Positions 61,238 through 63,199 of a DNA stretch of 63,199 nucleotides are shown here, one piece after another. The notes below the pieces were generated by a model. The model saw only the letters and a list, made by a program, of their open reading frames with translations, did no database searches and was not told the DNA's origin. Every line of letters starts with the position of its first letter. Within the stretch, counting starts at the first letter, position 1. The stretch is taken from positions 1-63,199 of the forward strand of contig JAQBHB010000026.1 of assembly GCA_032128115.1 (NCBI GenBank), given 5' to 3'. The stretch is from Deltaproteobacteria bacterium. Its GTDB lineage: Bacteria; Myxococcota_A; UBA9160; SMWR01. The translations under genes were made by a program, and so were the position numbers.

Positions 61238-62395
61238 ATGAGCGAAGCCATCGAGCCGTTCGAGATCCAGATCTCCCAGGACGTGCTGGATGACGTGGCC
61301 GAGCGCCTGTCGCGCACCCGTCTGCCCGACCAGATCCAGGGTTCCGGCTGGGACTACGGAACCGACCGGGCCTATCTGCAGGAGCTTTGCGAGTACTGGC
61401 GGACGAAGTTCGACTGGCGCGCCCAGGAGTCCCGGCTCAACCGCTTCGACCACTTCCGAACCCAGGTGGACGGCCAGAACCTGCACTTCATCCACGCGCC
61501 TTCGAAGCACGAAGACGCCCTGCCCATCCTCCTGATCCACGGTTGGCCCGGCTCGATCTTCGAGTTCAGCAAGGTGATCGAGCCCCTGTCCGATCCCGAG
61601 GCCTTCGGCGGGAGCGCCAGGGACGCCTTCCATGTGGTGTGTCCGTCGATCCCGGGCTACGCGTTCTCCGGGCCCACCACCCAGCCCGGTTGGAACGCGG
61701 GCCGGGTGGCCGACGCCTTCGCCGCGCTGATGGCCCGGCTCGGCTACTCCTGCTACGGCGCCCAGGGGGGAGACTGGGGCGGCATCATCACTGCGCTCCT
61801 GGGCGAACGCGACCCGGACCACCTGGCGGGGATCCACATGAACCTCGCGATCCCGGTGCCGCCGGCGGGCGTCGCAAATCCCATGGAGATGCTCACGCCG
61901 GAAGAGGCGGCGGACGTGGCGGCCTTCGGCCAGTTCCAGAAGGATGGAATGGGTTACTTCCAACTCCAGAGCACCAGGCCCCAGACCCTGGGCTATGCGC
62001 TCAACGATTCGCCCGCGGGCCTGGCCGCGTGGCTGGTGGAGAAGTTCCGCGCCTGGAGCGACTGCGACGGCGACGTGGAGAGCCGATTCAGCAAGGACGA
62101 CCTGCTCACGACCATCATGATCTACTGGGCCACCGGCACCATCAACTCGTCGATCCGCTTCTACTGCGAGTCGGCTCGCGCGGGCAGCCTGGGTGTGCCC
62201 GCCGACCGAGTGGACGTACCCACGGCGTTTGCCGTCTTCCCGCGCGAGGTATTCATCGCCCCGCGGCCGTGGGTAGAGTCGCGCTTCAACGTATTGCGTT
62301 GGACCGAGATGGCTTCCGGAGGCCACTTTGCGGCGTTCGAGGAGCCCGAACTCCTGGTGGAAGACGTGCGCGCCTTCTTTCGCGACCTGCGCTGA
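61238..62395 (+). CDS. Epoxide hydrolase (microsomal-type, EHN N-terminal domain)
   Basis: FDWRAQE, HGWPGS, QGGDWG, DSPAGLAAW, GGHFAAFE. Confidence 0.94.
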   Translation: MSEAIEPFEIQISQDVLDDVAERLSRTRLPDQIQGSGWDYGTDRAYLQELCEYWRTKFDWRAQESRLNRFDHFRTQVDGQNLHFIHAPSKHEDALPILLIHGWPGSIFEFSKVIEPLSDPEAFGGSARDAFHVVCPSIPGYAFSGPTTQPGWNAGRVADAFAALMARLGYSCYGAQGGDWGGIITALLGERDPDHLAGIHMNLAIPVPPAGVANPMEMLTPEEAADVAAFGQFQKDGMGYFQLQSTRPQTLGYALNDSPAGLAAWLVEKFRAWSDCDGDVESRFSKDDLLTTIMIYWATGTINSSIRFYCESARAGSLGVPADRVDVPTAFAVFPREVFIAPRPWVESRFNVLRWTEMASGGHFAAFEEPELLVEDVRAFFRDLR

Positions 62396-62412
62396 TCAGG
62401 AAGGAGCCCCCC

Positions 62413-63199
62413 ATGTCCGACCCCGTCGCCCTGGTCACCGGCGCCAGCCGTGGCATCGGCAAGCAGCTGTGCTTCGATCTGGCAGCGGCCGGCTACGACC
62501 TGGTGTGCGTGGCCCGCTCCACCAGCGACACCCGTTCGAAGCTGCCCGGCACCGTGGACGAGACGGCCGACGGCGTGCGCGACCTGGGCCGGCGCGCGCT
62601 CCCGGTGGGCCTCGACGTTCGCGACGAGGACGCCATCGAAAAACTCTGCGCGCGCATCTACGACGAGTGGGGACGCTGCGACCTGCTGGTGAACAACGCC
62701 GCTGTCGCGCCTCCGCGGCCCGCCCTGGAAGACACCACCAAACGCTGGCGGCTGGCCATGGACGTGAACGTAAACGGGCCCTTCTATTTCACCTACCACC
62801 TGGCCCCGCGCATGTCGGCCGACGGGGGTGGGCGCATCGTGAACGTCTCTTCGGCTGCCGCCGTGTTCCCAAAGTTCGGCCGCGCCAGCTACACCGCCAC
62901 GAAGCTCGCCCTGGAGGGGATGACCCAGGCCCTGGCTCACGATCTTCGCGAGCAGGTGGCCGTGAACTGTCTGCGTATCGACATGCCCGTATGGAGCGAG
63001 GGCTTCGCCGAGACCCTGAGCGGCCAGGAGATCCACTACGAGGAACCGGTGATCTGCTCGGACGCAATCCTGTGGCTGGCGAATCAACCGCTCTCCCACA
63101 CCGGCGAGATCCACACACTGACCGAACTGCGGCAACAGGGTGTCGTGAGGCCGGAGACGCGGGCCCCCCCCCGGCGCCCCCGGACCACCGCGGGGGCCA
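62413..63199 (+). CDS. SDR family oxidoreductase (no stop before the right edge; not in ORF track)
   Basis: Manual translation MSDPVALVTGASRGIG, LVNNAA, VNVSS, YTATK (YxxxK). Confidence 0.92.
   Translation, partial: MSDPVALVTGASRGIGKQLCFDLAAAGYDLVCVARSTSDTRSKLPGTVDETADGVRDLGRRALPVGLDVRDEDAIEKLCARIYDEWGRCDLLVNNAAVAPPRPALEDTTKRWRLAMDVNVNGPFYFTYHLAPRMSADGGGRIVNVSSAAAVFPKFGRASYTATKLALEGMTQALAHDLREQVAVNCLRIDMPVWSEGFAETLSGQEIHYEEPVICSDAILWLANQPLSHTGEIHTLTELRQQGVVRPETRAPPRRPRTTAGA

Noticed and set aside
59864..62326. 820-aa minus-strand ORF
   Set aside because: Antisense to the well-supported DUF1329 and epoxide hydrolase genes

Overview
High-GC bacterial chromosome segment. Gene content and order suggest a deltaproteobacterial/Myxococcota-like organism (inference). 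It appears to span the replication-origin region. To the left of a 331-bp intergenic gap (11803-12133) lie rpmH-rnpA-yidD-yidC-jag-[5 parS sites]-rsmG-parA-parB-bactofilin-atpF'FHAGD. To the right lie dnaN-gyrB-gyrA-hemL-atpZ-atpI-atpB-atpE-tmk. dnaA, recF, mnmE and mnmG are missing from their usual positions. The rest mixes housekeeping genes (trkH, uvrA, surA-like, pyrF, mfd, a solitary rplC next to rlmE) with accessory metabolism. The most notable hidden feature is a probable selenoprotein that the ORF track splits: a peroxiredoxin-like gene (34120-34698) with an in-frame TGA in a UxxC motif, followed by a SECIS-like hairpin. It sits in a tightly coupled MocR-led cluster with an AhpD-like protein and a cysteine-free glutaredoxin-like protein. 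No rRNA, tRNA, CRISPR array, transposase or prophage was recognised. Product calls come from motif recognition by eye, not database searches.
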